The notes under the pieces were generated by a model. The model worked only from the letters and a program-made list of their open reading frames with translations, made no database searches and was not told where the DNA came from. Positions 23,306-35,116 of a DNA stretch of 64,000 nt are shown in pieces. Source of the stretch: Catajapyx aquilonaris (taxonomy: Eukaryota); the NCBI GenBank assembly GCA_000934665.2, contig KZ538160.1:1-64000 (forward strand). Direction: 5' to 3'. Position 1 is the stretch's first letter. The number at the start of each line of letters is the position of its first letter. Both the position numbers and the translations under genes were made by a program.

Positions 23306-26048
23306 GGACAAAAAGTGGAGTGACGTTGACTAGGAAGAGACGAAAGATGGTCTGTGGATGAAGGTATGGTGAGGCAGGCAGGCAGGCAGCTATTGGGGGA
23401 TGGAGACCATGCAGGCAGGAAGCGCAGCCATCAACTTCCTACCCACTTCCCATCATCCCTTTTCGTCTCTTTTTGGCAGCTTAGGAAGCCACCCTTCCCT
23501 TCCTCACTGGGAGTCGTCGCTCCCTCAAAAATCCCCGGACTCGGACGGATCTTCACCCACAAGTGCATCTATCACCAAGATTCATGGCTTCAATATTAGG
23601 GAGAAATCTTTTTTACCGTCTTCTTCCGACCCACATTATATGCTCACTTGTCTATTGGCACCCCTTACATTGCGGCGTTTGTCACATGGGTGCTGTCAGA
23701 CAGACAGCTCTCTAATAATTAAATTTTTTGAAAAAAAAAAAAAAAACTATTTAGTGTCCGCACGAGCAGAGGAATAACCGTTATAAAAATTCCGAGCAGA
23801 ATGTTGGAGTAAATGAACCGAGTGTTCAAAACCTGTTTGGGCTCAGTGGAAAAAAATATCCCCATTGGAGAGGGAAACTAAATAAAAACACGGTCAAGTT
23901 CCAATGGCGCGGATGTAACTCGGCCAGTGTGGTTTGTCGCATATTTTACATTGCGTATGAATTGCTCCGCAAATTCCACTAGGGGAGGTTTTGGGTTCGA
24001 TATTTTGTTGATATAGTTTCAACGGCAGCATTGACATTGACTGCGTTTGCCTTATTAATTCGTTGGCCCAATAAAATGGTTAGTCTTAACAGGGGATAGG
24101 CTTTAGTGTACAAGTATTAAAAATTCCAGCTTTTTCGCAGTGTAAAGTACAGCCTGGAAGTACAGTTATTTGGTCAGATAATTTTAAACTAAAATATTAA
24201 TTTCAGATTTTTAATGGTACATTTTTACCAGCCCTGACCTGCTTTCGAATAGTATGGTAAATCCTCAAATCTCAAAACTGCAACTTCAGTCAACTAAGAG
24301 GTCACTCTGGGTGGATCAGGAATACCGGTGTAGTCCAAAACAGTTCTTTTCTGTAAAGCACGCTGTAAACTGTGTAAAGCCTCTTAAAAAACTGAATCGC
24401 TTCATTTTCATTCGAACATGAAAGTGTTGCTTTTGTGTACTACACAGAATAAGAAATAATCTCACCATTTGAAATATGAAATTTAGGCATTCCATTTAGA
24501 TCCGGTTCATCCATGTAAAAAGAACACTGTTCTGCACTAGTTAAAAGTCTAGAAGGCAAATGCAGTATACCGCCGAAAAGTATTGAGTTTTTTTTTACGG
24601 ATATACTAGATTTGTTTCAAAAATGTCAGACTTCTGTTATAAAATACTGTATTATCTTTATAAGTTAACTATAAGAGTCCTGCAACTATGCCTCAGTCGC
24701 TCTCCCCCCCCCCCCCAAACAAAAAAAAACCTGAACACCATGACATGACAGTGTCACATGACCAGCAATGAATCATGGGACATTTTTTTTATTATTTTTA
24801 CGGGTTCCAATTGGTGTTGTCAGAGGCGCTAATGGCCTCCTACCCCGCCAAGTGGAATGAAAAATGCGTGTCCAGCATTGGTATTGCAACACAGTTGCAC
24901 AGTAGTCAACAGCTGCAGTTTTGCATTACTGTGCATTACACATGTGCGTCATTTTATGCGCTCGACTCTCACATTCAAGAGTGTTTGCCATAATCGCTCT
25001 TATTTTGCTTCACCCTAGAGTGAAGTAGCATCCTCTTTGACTCAATGCTGCTTCTGAAGCAGAATATGAGATTTTGTGATCACTTAATGGTAAGAGGCAC
25101 TAGTGTTCAGGGACGATAATGAAAGGAAGCAAACTGTTGGCTTCCATCTCGAGAATGGATTAATAAGCAGTGAGGAGATGAGTCTGGAGAAGAAGGAATA
25201 AGAGCGAAGAAGTAGTTGGGAGCGTCTTCCTTCTCTTTCTTGCAAGTGTCAGGCGAAGCTCTGGCCAAATCCTATTACTGTCAAGCAGAGGCCTGGTGCT
25301 TTTTGTCCCTTAGCCTGGAGTTTGCGACAGTCGTTGCTCATTTCCTCCTTCGCGTCAAGAGCACTGAACGAGAGGCATTTTACCGTCAAGAAACGATGGC
25401 CTGTTTTCATCTCGTCCGCCTCTTTTTGAAACTTTTTTTTTCCTCTTCTCCTTCTGCCCTCCTGTCCTCTTCAAGCTATACCCTTCCAATCGGAATGCGG
25501 AAAATTTTGAGTCCTATACGTACTGTACCAAGAGTCTCGCTTCAACGTTTTTGCTGAGAGATTTTTTTCACTAAGGCAACTTGGGTTACTGTAAGTGCTT
25601 CCTTTCTATGCATAGTAATAAATGCAGGATAAACCGTGATTCGACTGAGTGGGAAACTTGAGAAGTTGCCATTGAGAAATGTAGTATTCTTTTACATGTC
25701 GAAGATGATGTGTTGCATTTTTCCATGTAATTTTTGCTACGATAAGACTATCATTAATTATTTAGAAAGGAAAATTGTGTGCATGATGACTTGTTAAGTT
25801 TCAATATTTTATTGAAAATATGTAAACTAATTCGTCGTGATACGTATGTGATGTACTGTACGACGTGTACAGTATTGGAAACATGATAATACATTTGGAT
25901 TGGATTGCCAGATTTCCTATTGTAATGTAAAGTTAACTTATTAATTTACAAGCTTGACAACAATCTTTCTCAGATGGAAAGATTAAGACAACATATTGCT
26001 CAAGTTTCAAAGGGAATACAACATAATCTCCCTAATACTGTAGTTCTA

Positions 26049-26246
26049 GGGAGATGAAGTGGCGTCGCGGTAACCGCGTGCGCCCACGGATATGAAGGTC
26101 CCGGGGTTCCCACCTTTATCCGTGCAGAGTTGGGCCATCTCTGGCTTCATTTTGGGTGGAAATTTCCTAAAGACTAATCCACCCGGGGGAGTTCACAAAA
26201 TGACCACTCAACGACAGCGCACATGCACTTTGCACATCCCCTCCTA
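26049..26246 (+). mobile_element. SINE body type 2, 3'-truncated copy
   Basis: Aligns with 58963-59175: gggaga..gagtggcg...gcgcccacggat...ttgggccatctctggcttc...ccacccgggggagttcacaaaatgacc...tgcactttgcacatcccctccta. Confidence 0.9.
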
Positions 26247-28471
26247 CCAACCCTTGGAGTAATGAATAAGATTCTTTTAACCCGCTCCAAATAACTACCA
26301 ATGGTGGTAATCCACCCCCCCCCCCTAAGGAGTAGATAGCTCCCCCTGTGGGGTAATGAAAAAAATATACGGTAATTCTGTAGTCATCACGAGTTGTGAG
26401 GAGGTATGGATCTATCAGGCCATAATATTGTTGCATGATGGTGATATTCTTGGGAGGCTGAAAAGGGTGCTAGACAGCCACAAATACCAGATGAAAAAGG
26501 AAGAGAACGAGAATGGCTTAAGCGAAGGTAGACTGCATGGCGCGCAAATAACGTCCCCGCATTCAGCTGAGTTATGGTCCTATTACACGATGTACGGCAT
26601 AGATAAAAATCCCCCAGTACATGCCAATCGATTGACCTGACCAGTACAGCCTGATGAATGATTGGACCATGAAGGCCTGGACCAAAGCGATAAAGATGTG
26701 GTTGAAATACTTTCTCCGGAGGTGGAACGAGGAAACAACTTCATGCAGCCAAGGTGAATTAGCACTCTGAAAAATTCGTAGCTGTAGCAAAAGAATATAA
26801 TAAATTCGATGTTACGACTTGTTGACTTTTACTCTCTCTGTTTTCTAAACAAAAATTGGGTTATGTACGTGAGTTCAGCGAAATGCAGTGGAGGTCAGCG
26901 CAGCCTTGTTAGACTGAAAAAGCAACCATATCTGAAATCTGCTACGTCTCGTCTCATGCAGGCTAAACGTATATCGCAAGGACATGACATACAGGCACTC
27001 GTCTGCCTGTAGCAACGACTCCACAAAACGAAAGCCCGAGGCGGCCATGACAGCTGGGATTAAACTCGCTCGTTATCTGCTATTAAATACCGTCAACAGC
27101 AGCATTTCCAACTGAGTGTTGCTGTCAACGCGGTTTTCTCCAAATGTGGTCTGGCAACAGATCGCTAATTATAGTCATGCTATTTCAAATGTTTCAGAAA
27201 TATCAACAATGTAGGTAGCAAAAGTATCGTTTGTGCAGCACTATACAAAATAATTTTACTAACAGCAAAAATTGGCTGGGTGTGTATTTAGGTAAAGCAC
27301 TCTAAAAATATATGAGCTAATTTCCCTCAACTTAAAGACTTTTGCATTTAAAATTACTGAAAATAATTTAATTCAAATTGAGTCAATTTCCACTTTAATA
27401 ACCTTCAAACTGGAAATGCTTTATTTTAGCGAATTCTAACTCAAATGTTTTTAGAGCGCACATTACATTTCTTTCTCTCTTTTACATCAACATAATGTAC
27501 CAAACATGGCGGCACCCAACAAGAAACACCGCATTTAAAAAAATGTATCATCCTAAACCCTAATTACGGTCCTTGACCTACCCAAAAAATTCGCATGAGA
27601 AGTAATCCTTCACAAGCAATCATACTGTCACATGCCAATAACATTTACTTCCTAATAGAATATTCCGGTCTAAGTTGGCGTGCACTGCTGACAAGTGGCA
27701 ATTCCCCGAGTGTAACGAATGCATGACGCTAATTTCGCTCTGGCCGCACCTCCAATCACATCAGCAGTGTGGAGTTGAGGGAATAGGGAGGGGAAGGAGG
27801 AGAAGGAGGAATGGAAATGGAAGATGGCGCGCGGAAGAGGGGGGCATCATCAACTAACTCTGTCCCTGTGATTTGTGGACGTAGGTAGCAAGGAAAGAGC
27901 GGCGACGATTATTCCCGCCGGGAAAATCCCGCCAGATTCAGCTCGGATTTCTATCGATAAGGGTAGCTCGTCATTTGTTACGGCCTCAATCGTATGGAGG
28001 GGACGGACGAGCCAGCGAAAATCCCGAGGCCTTCTCATCCCCAAGTAAACTCTGCCTATCGACCTACCCCCCCCTCTACACCTTACCACCCGCCTTCCTC
28101 CTTTTCTCTCGTTTTCATCCTTCGCTTAATCAATGCTGCAGGGTTTCTCAGATGAAACCCCCAAAAAATCTGGGGGGAAAAAAGCTCACTCTTTGATGTT
28201 GACATCATAACAACCGCTCATCTTATCTAATATTTCCAAACGTATGTCTGTACGTTCCCGATGCAAATCAATACGGAGGCCTCGACATATGCCCCAGGGG
28301 GATCATTAGGGGTAGTTTTTAACGGGGAAGGTTTTTAGCACATTGGATTTGACCTTCGAGGTCATCCTTGGCCGCAGGAGGCGAAGTGGCAGAAAAGCAG
28401 GAACCCCGGATGTAGCATCGATACATCGATTCATGCAAAGAATTTCATAACCCGAGCAACGCCTGCTAGTA

Positions 28472-28764
28472 ATAATAATAATAATATCATACCCCGTTAT
28501 CAGCCGGGCGGCTCTTTAGGGGGAGTTTTTTTGTTTTGACTGGAACTCTTTTTTTGCATTTTTACTTCGCTTTTGGGGATAGGATAGGGACGGAAGGAAG
28601 CGGCTGTGGCCTATTATTTTAGGAAACAACCCCGGCATTTACCTGGAGGGACCGTGGGAAACCACAGAAAACCACGGTTAGGGTTGCCGGCCCCGGGGAT
28701 CAAACCCAGGACCTCCCGATTAGCAGTCGGATACCATATCCCCTCCGCCACCACTGCTTCAGTT
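28472..28764 (-). mobile_element. tRNA-headed SINE, body type 3, tail type I, full length
   Basis: A box tggcggagggg and B box ggtttgatccc. Core ggttttctgtggtttccc...ccaggtaaatgccggg...ggccacagccgcttccttcc resembles from memory Lm1-like insect SINE cores. (ATT)n tail. 13-bp TSD acgcctgctagta at 28459-28471 and 28765-28777. Confidence 0.92.
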
Positions 28765-28786
28765 ACGCCTGCTAGTATAGAATACA

Positions 28787-28998
28787 CAGGGTGTTTCAAC
28801 TTTTTTGTCCGAACAGTTATCGGAAATACTGCACTATAAGCTGCTACTTTGTAAGCAGTGACTTGCAACCGGTTTGTCGGAGGAATGGGGAATATTCCCT
28901 GCTAATCTTAGGTTGAAGTGGAATACACTGCTTACAAAAGAGCAGCTTAGTGCAATATTTCCGATTAACTGATCGGACAAAAAAGTTGAAACATCCAG
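28787..28998. mobile_element. MITE family B, copy 2 (internally deleted)
   Basis: cagggtgtttcaacttttttgtccga ... tcggacaaaaaagttgaaacatccag|ta; shares sequence with 9407-9718. Confidence 0.9.
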
Positions 28999-29017
28999 TA
29001 TGCGAAACTGTTCTGTC

Positions 29018-29127
29018 CAGGGATGGAAAAAGAACCGCTTCTTTGGGAGGAAGCGGTTCTTTTTCCATCCCTGCACATGGAAAAAAGAAGCGCTTCTTGG
29101 AAGGAAGCGGTTCTTTTTCCATCCCTG
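29018..29127. mobile_element. 110-bp hAT-type MITE made of two hairpin units
   Basis: TIR cagggatggaaaaagaaccgcttc/gaagcggttctttttccatccctg. 8-bp TSD gttctgtc at 29010-29017 and 29128-29135. Confidence 0.92.
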
Positions 29128-29159
29128 GTTCTGTCAGTGACGGCTCATCACCAACGTGC

Positions 29160-29242
29160 ATGTAGTACTACTTCCCACTGAGGGCGGCAATAGTGTCCAG
29201 AGACGCTTGTGCGCCATCTAGTAATGTAATTTCGTACTACAT
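29160..29242. mobile_element. Small degenerate palindromic element with CTCF-like motifs
   Basis: atgtagtac...gtactacat ends, with ccactgagggcggca and tgcgccatctagta in opposite orientation. Confidence 0.45.
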
Positions 29243-29871
29243 CCTTTTGAAAAAAAATAATAATTTGAACCTTCCCACAAGGCTAATCTGAGCTTCTAAT
29301 CCAGGTCTTGTTGGGGAACTAAGGTTATTAGTAACAGTATGGGATTATGACAAGGATAGCCTTGAAAGGGGGTATGGGGGGAGGGGGTTGAAATTAAAAC
29401 AATAGTCACGCGTTGGCGAGTGAATAGTTTCCAGTGGGATTGATGAAGCTGTGAGAGGAGTTATGAAACTTGCAAGGGGTGGAGAGAGGGGAGAGGGAGA
29501 ATTAGGCTGCTTGTCCCGTGTTGATGAGATTTGCTCTCTAATGAAGGCTTCCCAGGTGGCCTCCGGGATGGGTCAAAGGAACTGCGGGGTGTTTGTGTCT
29601 GAGAAACCGTATCCACACAAATTCAGGGTGTAGAACCAGATCCTCCCCAGCGGGGGAAGGGGAGGATGGAGCTGTGGCTTGCTACCCTCTAATATCTGTC
29701 AATCAACTGCGGGTTGGTGGCTGGCATTCGGTAAGTTAGGTATTATTACACATTGTTATTTAGAGACTAGTGTGTGAAATACGTAAGATGGATTTACCTG
29801 AGGCTACTTTAAAATGGTAGCATACTACAAGGTGTTTAAATTGTATTAGTGGTTAGCAATTTTTGGCAATA

Positions 29872-30114
29872 AGCTGCTTAATATGGACCAGCTATTTTTG
29901 TGATTATCTGGTACTTTTAAAGATGTTGCTTGGACCTGCAAAAATTAATATTTCCAGCTGAAAATTCGTGCCATTATTAGCTGATTATATGGACCAGTTA
30001 TTTCTAGTGGTTATCTGGTAATACAGTAGTAGCCTGCTTGTGCCTACAATATTGCCGTAGTTAAATCATTGTTCATGGATATTTCCCGCGCTAAAAATTC
30101 GTGTCAATATTAGC
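29872..30114. repeat. Two diverged tandem units (about 107 and 135 bp)
   Basis: atatggaccag.tattt...ttatctggta...atatttcc...aaaattcgtg.ca.tattagc occurs twice. Confidence 0.75.
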
Positions 30115-30185
30115 CCTGCTTAAAATAAGCATTTAGTACGAAAATCTGCGAACTATTACGGATATTTCAATTAATTACCAAGTCT

Positions 30186-30549
30186 CAGGGAGGTGTGGTG
30201 GCCGATAAGGTAATGTCTCGGCTAAGCGAAAGGTCCCATCAGGTTCGATCCCCGCCTGGGAGTTCCCTTTCGCCTGCGTCAGGAGGGTCTCTGACCCGCA
30301 CCTTGGAGGTGTCTGGCAACCTAACCTCCTGTGGGACTGCACATGGCCCAAACTTGAGACACTGCACCCGTGTCTCCTCCTCAACAAATCCCCCTTCCCT
30401 TCCCCATTTCCCTTTCTCCTCTGCACGGTGTTAGAAGCAAAATTCAGAAAAATAGAAATGGAAAAATGGTGGTATTCAACCCCCCTAAAGGAGCGATGAT
30501 TCTCCCAATGGGGTAAGTAAAATATTTAAAAAGTTTTTCTAAATTAAAA
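30186..30549 (+). mobile_element. tRNA-headed SINE, body type 4, tail type I, full length
   Basis: A box tggccgataagg and B box ggttcgatccc (30242-30252). Tail acccccctaaagg...ggggtaa. 17-bp TSD aattaat(t/g)accaagtct at 30169-30185 and 30550-30566. Confidence 0.88.
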
Positions 30550-31977
30550 AATTAATGACCAAGTCTATACAATGTCAAAAATTCTCTCTTTCCCCATCAA
30601 GGATCTGGACCCGTCCCTAAAATATCAGTTTAAATCCACGTCAAAACTCAGGCGTGTTCAGACATGCCAGGCTTTAGCATGGGAACCGCTGCCGGCAATT
30701 GTCGCAATAAAATAAAACAAAAGAACATAGTGTGCAGGTCACATTAACAGCGGCGTTTATGCGCGATTTATGTGTGGAGCAGAGCTTTCCATTTCCCCAT
30801 GTGGAGATATAATGGACACTCCTGCGTGAAATATGACGTGGGTGACAGTTATCTGCGCAGTGCCTGCAGGATTGGAAAGGCTCGTGCAAGAGATTGCACC
30901 AAATCAGGGGGACAGCCAATGCGAAAAGCCCCGGCCTGCACACACCCAAGTTGGCATGAAAAATGTATGCCGTCAGTGAAGCTCATCAATGACCGCAGTT
31001 TGGGGAGGGTGGGTATTGGGGACCCCCCCCCCCCTTCCAAAAAAAAAAAGTGAGAGAAGAGTGTTGGAGATTGGTGTGGAAATGCTGGCATTTGTCTCCC
31101 AGTCAGCGCGCCTATCCGGCTCAGCATGACTTACGCCTCACTTCTCCTTTAAAATCCTTGTTAGCATGAAGCGATATAGGGAGGGTGGTTGGGTGGTAAA
31201 GTCGGCTATAGAAGCATGGGGTAGCAAGCAGCCAGGCAGGAAGAGTAGTACAGAAACAATGGCAAGCTCGAAGATGGGATTTATTTGGCTCGGAAGCCTT
31301 TTCTTAATAATTCACGCCGCCCAGTCATCCTTTCCAAGGCCTGAGAGTGACGGGCTCGCGCTAATTATTTATTAACTGTATTATTCCTCGTCTGCTGGCT
31401 CAAGCCTATCGTGAGCTAGGATGGATGAGATTCAGGACAGGGAAAAGCAGCAGCAGCAGCTTGCAGCAGCAGCCTGAGCGACAGATGAACGTTCTCTTTG
31501 CAACTCCATTCCTCAACTCACGCCTAAACACAGCGCGCCTAACTCTGGGCCTACAGGCATAACTTATAACGGTAGCTAAGGTGCTGGAATTCCCACGCCC
31601 CCCCCCCCTTTTTTTTTAAAGCTAGAGACGGAAAATAATCGACGTTTAAAACACCTGCTTCTCAAAGTGGCCTACTTTACAGTTGGTCTTCTCCGGGTGG
31701 GCCAGATGGCGTTGAGAGGCTTGGAGCTATTTATACTTCGTCTGTATGTCGTATTCGTTACAAGGCCTATGTAGAGACTGCATGGGAATGGTTACAGCTT
31801 TTGAGAAGTTTGGGGTTTGCATAATGAGTATCTGGAAGATGTATATGGTTTCTATCAGTTTCTAGGCTCTTGGGGTTGTATCAACTCAAAATAACTCAAA
31901 TATTTCTGAATTATTTGTTAAATTTTTTAATGAACACATAAAGAACACAATAACTAAAAATTTAACATTTGTGTCCT

Positions 31978-32114
31978 ATATTTATTTTATTTTATTTAGT
32001 TTACCCCGTGATGACCCTTACGGGTGCTATAGGGGGGTGGCATACCACCATCAGTTTTCTGTATATATTTTCAGCTTCATTCTCCGGTGCAAGGAAACAG
32101 GGACAATGGGAAAG
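31978..32114 (-). mobile_element. 3' fragment of SINE body type 4 with tail type I
   Basis: Sense gcaccggag...atggtggtatgccaccccccta...cacggggtaaactaaataaaataaa aligns with 30423-30525. Confidence 0.75.
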
Positions 32115-32246
32115 GATTTGACGAGCGAAGTCTTCGCCGAGGCGGAGTAACCCAAGTAACCAATATTGTTTGAGGCGAAAATCGATTGTTAATTTCAGGC
32201 TCGGCGAAGATTTCGCTCGTCAAATCGCTCACATGTCAACGCACCT
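32115..32246. mobile_element. Harbinger-type MITE, partial inverted copy of 61656-61794
   Basis: gatttgacgagcgaag...caatattgtttgaggcgaaaatcgattgttaatttcag...cacatgtcaacgcacct|taa. Confidence 0.85.
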
Positions 32247-32258
32247 TAAAGGGAGACC

Positions 32259-32338
32259 TAGGGGCACAACAAGCTACAAAAAATAACTGCTATCGGACAA
32301 TATCAGAATAAAAAACGGCCCACGAATTTGAAAACCTG
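32259..32338. mobile_element. MITE family A, right arm only
   Basis: taggggcacaacaagctacaaaaataact...aaaaacggcccacgaatttgaaaacctg. Confidence 0.85.
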
Positions 32339-32986
32339 TGACATTAGACATGCTTTATAGTTTATACAATACATTGTAACAAAATGGAGTCTTGGTGTGC
32401 CAGTATCCAAAATAGGATAGGACAATAGGCTTCAAAATGCAGTAGGAGCCACTAAACGACCTGCAGGTCAAAGGAGGTGAGTCAATTTGTATCCTCCTTT
32501 AAGACCAATAATGTGGTTACCGCCACTCTACCTTGTCATCTCATTTTGCGTCCTGGCGTCCTATATAGACCCATCGATTGAATACATTCTAATGCTCCCA
32601 TAAAGCCAGTCCCGCTATATTTCCTGCCTCTTGTTTGCTGATGTCTACGTAACGTAATATAACATCAGAAAACTTTGGTCACTCTCATTTCCTATTCATG
32701 GACCTGAATTCCCGGAAAAATATTTTGTGTAATATCATGCTCCTTTCACTACCCTCAAAACTCATTTTGGGAAGAATATCAAGCTTGTTGTTGGAAAATA
32801 TGGACCGGCTAAAGCAGCAGTACAGCTACGGCATTTTGTGAATTTGCTTTCAGAATGTACCATTTCCATGTAATATTTTTACGTCATAGTGATGATTATA
32901 ATCATTACTATGACTTACTGCTACAGATTCTGCTAACAATAATTATTGTTAAATAATATAGTAAGAATATTATTAATCATGTCAAT

Positions 32987-33190
32987 AGGGTGTAACGGTG
33001 ACAAAGCGGTTTGGCCGACAGCATATTCGATGGGTACACTCTGTGATCGTGTGGGTTTTCTCGGAATTATTTTGCTTCCTCCCACAATCTACATGCATGA
33101 ATAAGCAGCCATTAAAATAAAGTCGGGTCAAATCAAAAATGATTTCATAAAAACTCCCATCAAGCCTATCATGCGCCATTGTAATTATAT
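32987..33190 (+). mobile_element. Diverged SINE body type 1 copy
   Basis: Head agggtgtaacggtgacaaagcggtt, core gtgggttttctcgga...ttcctcccacaatc, eroded tail gcctatcatgcg. Confidence 0.65.
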
Positions 33191-33457
33191 TTAAAAATTA
33201 ACAACGTCACCTAGAAACTTGTACGTCATCGACCCATTGTGGAATAGACACCTTATGAAATGGCCACCTGAAGTGCGGACTCTTGATTCGACTCTATATA
33301 TTGTACTAAGCTCGGCGAAAATAAGCAGTGCTAATTAAAGGGCAGCTCATTCATCACCCCCCCCCCCTCCCATTTTTTAAAGGAAAGTGAAATACGATAT
33401 TTGGTAAAAGGAGAAAAAACAGCTGCTCTTGACAAATATTTGCGCAAGAGTCAAACT

Positions 33458-33751
33458 TACTCTCTAAAAAAAATAGAGTTAAAAAAACTCAAGTTGGGTT
33501 CTTTTTAACTCTTTTAACCTTGAAAGTGGTCATTACCAAAAATGAGTTATAATAACTCTTTCGCTGGAGTTAAAACAACTCTTTCAGTTCATTTCATCCT
33601 CCGAAAGAGTTATTCATTAACTCTTTCGGAGGATGAAATTAACTAAAAGAGTTGTTTGAACTCCAGCAAAGAGTTATTATAACTCATTTTTGGTAATGAC
33701 CACTTTCAAGGTTTAAAAGAGTTAATTTAACTCTTATTTTTTTAGAGAGTA
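33458..33751. mobile_element. Almost fully palindromic 294-bp MITE
   Basis: tactctctaaaaaaa...ttttttagagagta with arms pairing to a centre near 33613-33618 and a reiterated gagtta/taactc motif. Flanks are ct/ct (2-bp TSD, EnSpm-like); a TA TSD is also possible. Confidence 0.9.
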
Positions 33752-33835
33752 CTATCGCAACGAAAGTTGTTATTTTCTAACAATAATTTATTTCCTGGAT
33801 TCTGGGACTGTGTTTTGATACACTGTGTATCGCGA

Positions 33836-34352
33836 CATTTAATCATACATTTTACATGACAAATTTTATGCCATTACCGTAACGACAGATTAGACACATT
33901 TTCGCATGTGTTAAAACATAAGTACATAACCTTTTATGACACAAATGCTATAAGAAAACCACACATTGACAATGCGGGAAGTAATAATATAACTGGGGTA
34001 GTGCTTTCACCCCCAACTGGGGGTATATCACACGTTCCTTTATTATTGTTATTATTATTTATTTTTTACAGTAGCTGGTGCAGGGACAAGGTAAGGATAG
34101 GAAGGGGGGACACTGGTGCATGTGCAATCTCTTATGTTGGGGGTCGTGTGCAGTCCCCCAGGGGGTCCGTTCGCCATAGATGACCCCCTAGATGCGGGTC
34201 AGAAACCCCCGACTGACCCACAATGCGGGAAGTATGCTGTCAGCATTTGTATAATAAAAAGTAATGTTGTAACACATGCAAATTTTTAATTGGTCGTTAC
34301 TGTAATAACATAAAAAATATATTGGAACGTTTCTGGTGAAATGTGATTAAAT
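33836..34352. mobile_element. Old palindromic MITE split by a SINE
   Basis: Inverted pairs attaccgtaacgac/gtcgttactgtaat, gcatgtgtta/taacacatgc and acaaatgct/agcatttgt on either side of the insert. Confidence 0.6.
33984..34219 (-). mobile_element. 5'-truncated SINE, body type 4, tail type II
   Basis: Sense ggggtttctgacccgcatc...ggggactgcacac...tgcaccagtgtcccc aligns with 30285-30426. Tail ggtgaaagcactacccc. 15-bp TSD acaatgcgggaagta at 33969-33983 and 34220-34234. Confidence 0.88.
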
Positions 34353-34364
34353 TACAGGAGTATA

Positions 34365-34800
34365 CAGGGTGCGGAAATTTGACCTACCATCGCTTTGGGG
34401 AATGATAGAGGGTTTCCAGGCGATCATTTTAAAGATAGGAATCGTGGGTCTCCGCAGCATTGTTACGGATAATGTCCTTCAAACACAAGGTATAAAATAT
34501 TCTGGCAGGTATGCGTCCCTCCACACGACCTTACCTTTTTCATTCAAATAGGTGTTAGGGTTACCATGTAATTTAATTTTAATTTAAGATCCTATTAGGT
34601 ATAGCAGGGAATGGCCTAGGCGATGGAAGTTACGTAAGCAGTATCCGAAACCTATGAGTTGGTATAATGCACTTATATTCAATGTTAGTTATCTCGGTAA
34701 CTATGCGTCGGAGACCCATGTTTAATATACTCAAAGTGATCGCCTAGAACCCCTCTATCATTTCCCAAAGCGAGGGTATACGTCAAATTTCCGCACCCTG
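34365..34800. mobile_element. MITE family C (Tc1/mariner-type)
   Basis: ta|cagggtgcggaaatttgac ... gtcaaatttccgcaccctg|ta, with about 100-bp imperfect arms. Confidence 0.92.
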
Positions 34801-35079
34801 TATAATACTCCTAGTAAGAGAATGCAGGAAATAAATTATGGTTGGAAAATACACTGTAACAACTTTCATAGTCACATTCAATTTGATCATCTAGCAAATA
34901 CTGACCCCAAATCTCAATTTATAAATATGTAGTGTTTATATTTAACTCACTCGTTTTATGGCATGTGCATAAGTGTAACACTGTGCCTAAAACATAATAT
35001 AAAAGTATTTTACAATCTACTGTATCGGGGATTGTGCTGTACCTTTTCCGAATATTGGCTGATATCATTCGCAATCTGA

Positions 35080-35116
35080 CAGCTGTATAAGCATACACTG
35101 TATGCTTATACAGCTG
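35080..35116. repeat. Perfect palindrome, 18-bp arms, 1-nt centre
   Basis: cagctgtataagcataca c tgtatgcttatacagctg. Confidence 0.95.

Noticed and set aside
25020..26780. Coding-like decayed stretches at 25020-25560 and 26356-26780
   Set aside because: Probably TE remnants, but no motif I can name with confidence.
31560..31585. taacttataacggtagctaaggtg resembles the conserved LSU rRNA / I-CeuI site
   Set aside because: It has indels and mismatches and no flanking rRNA similarity.
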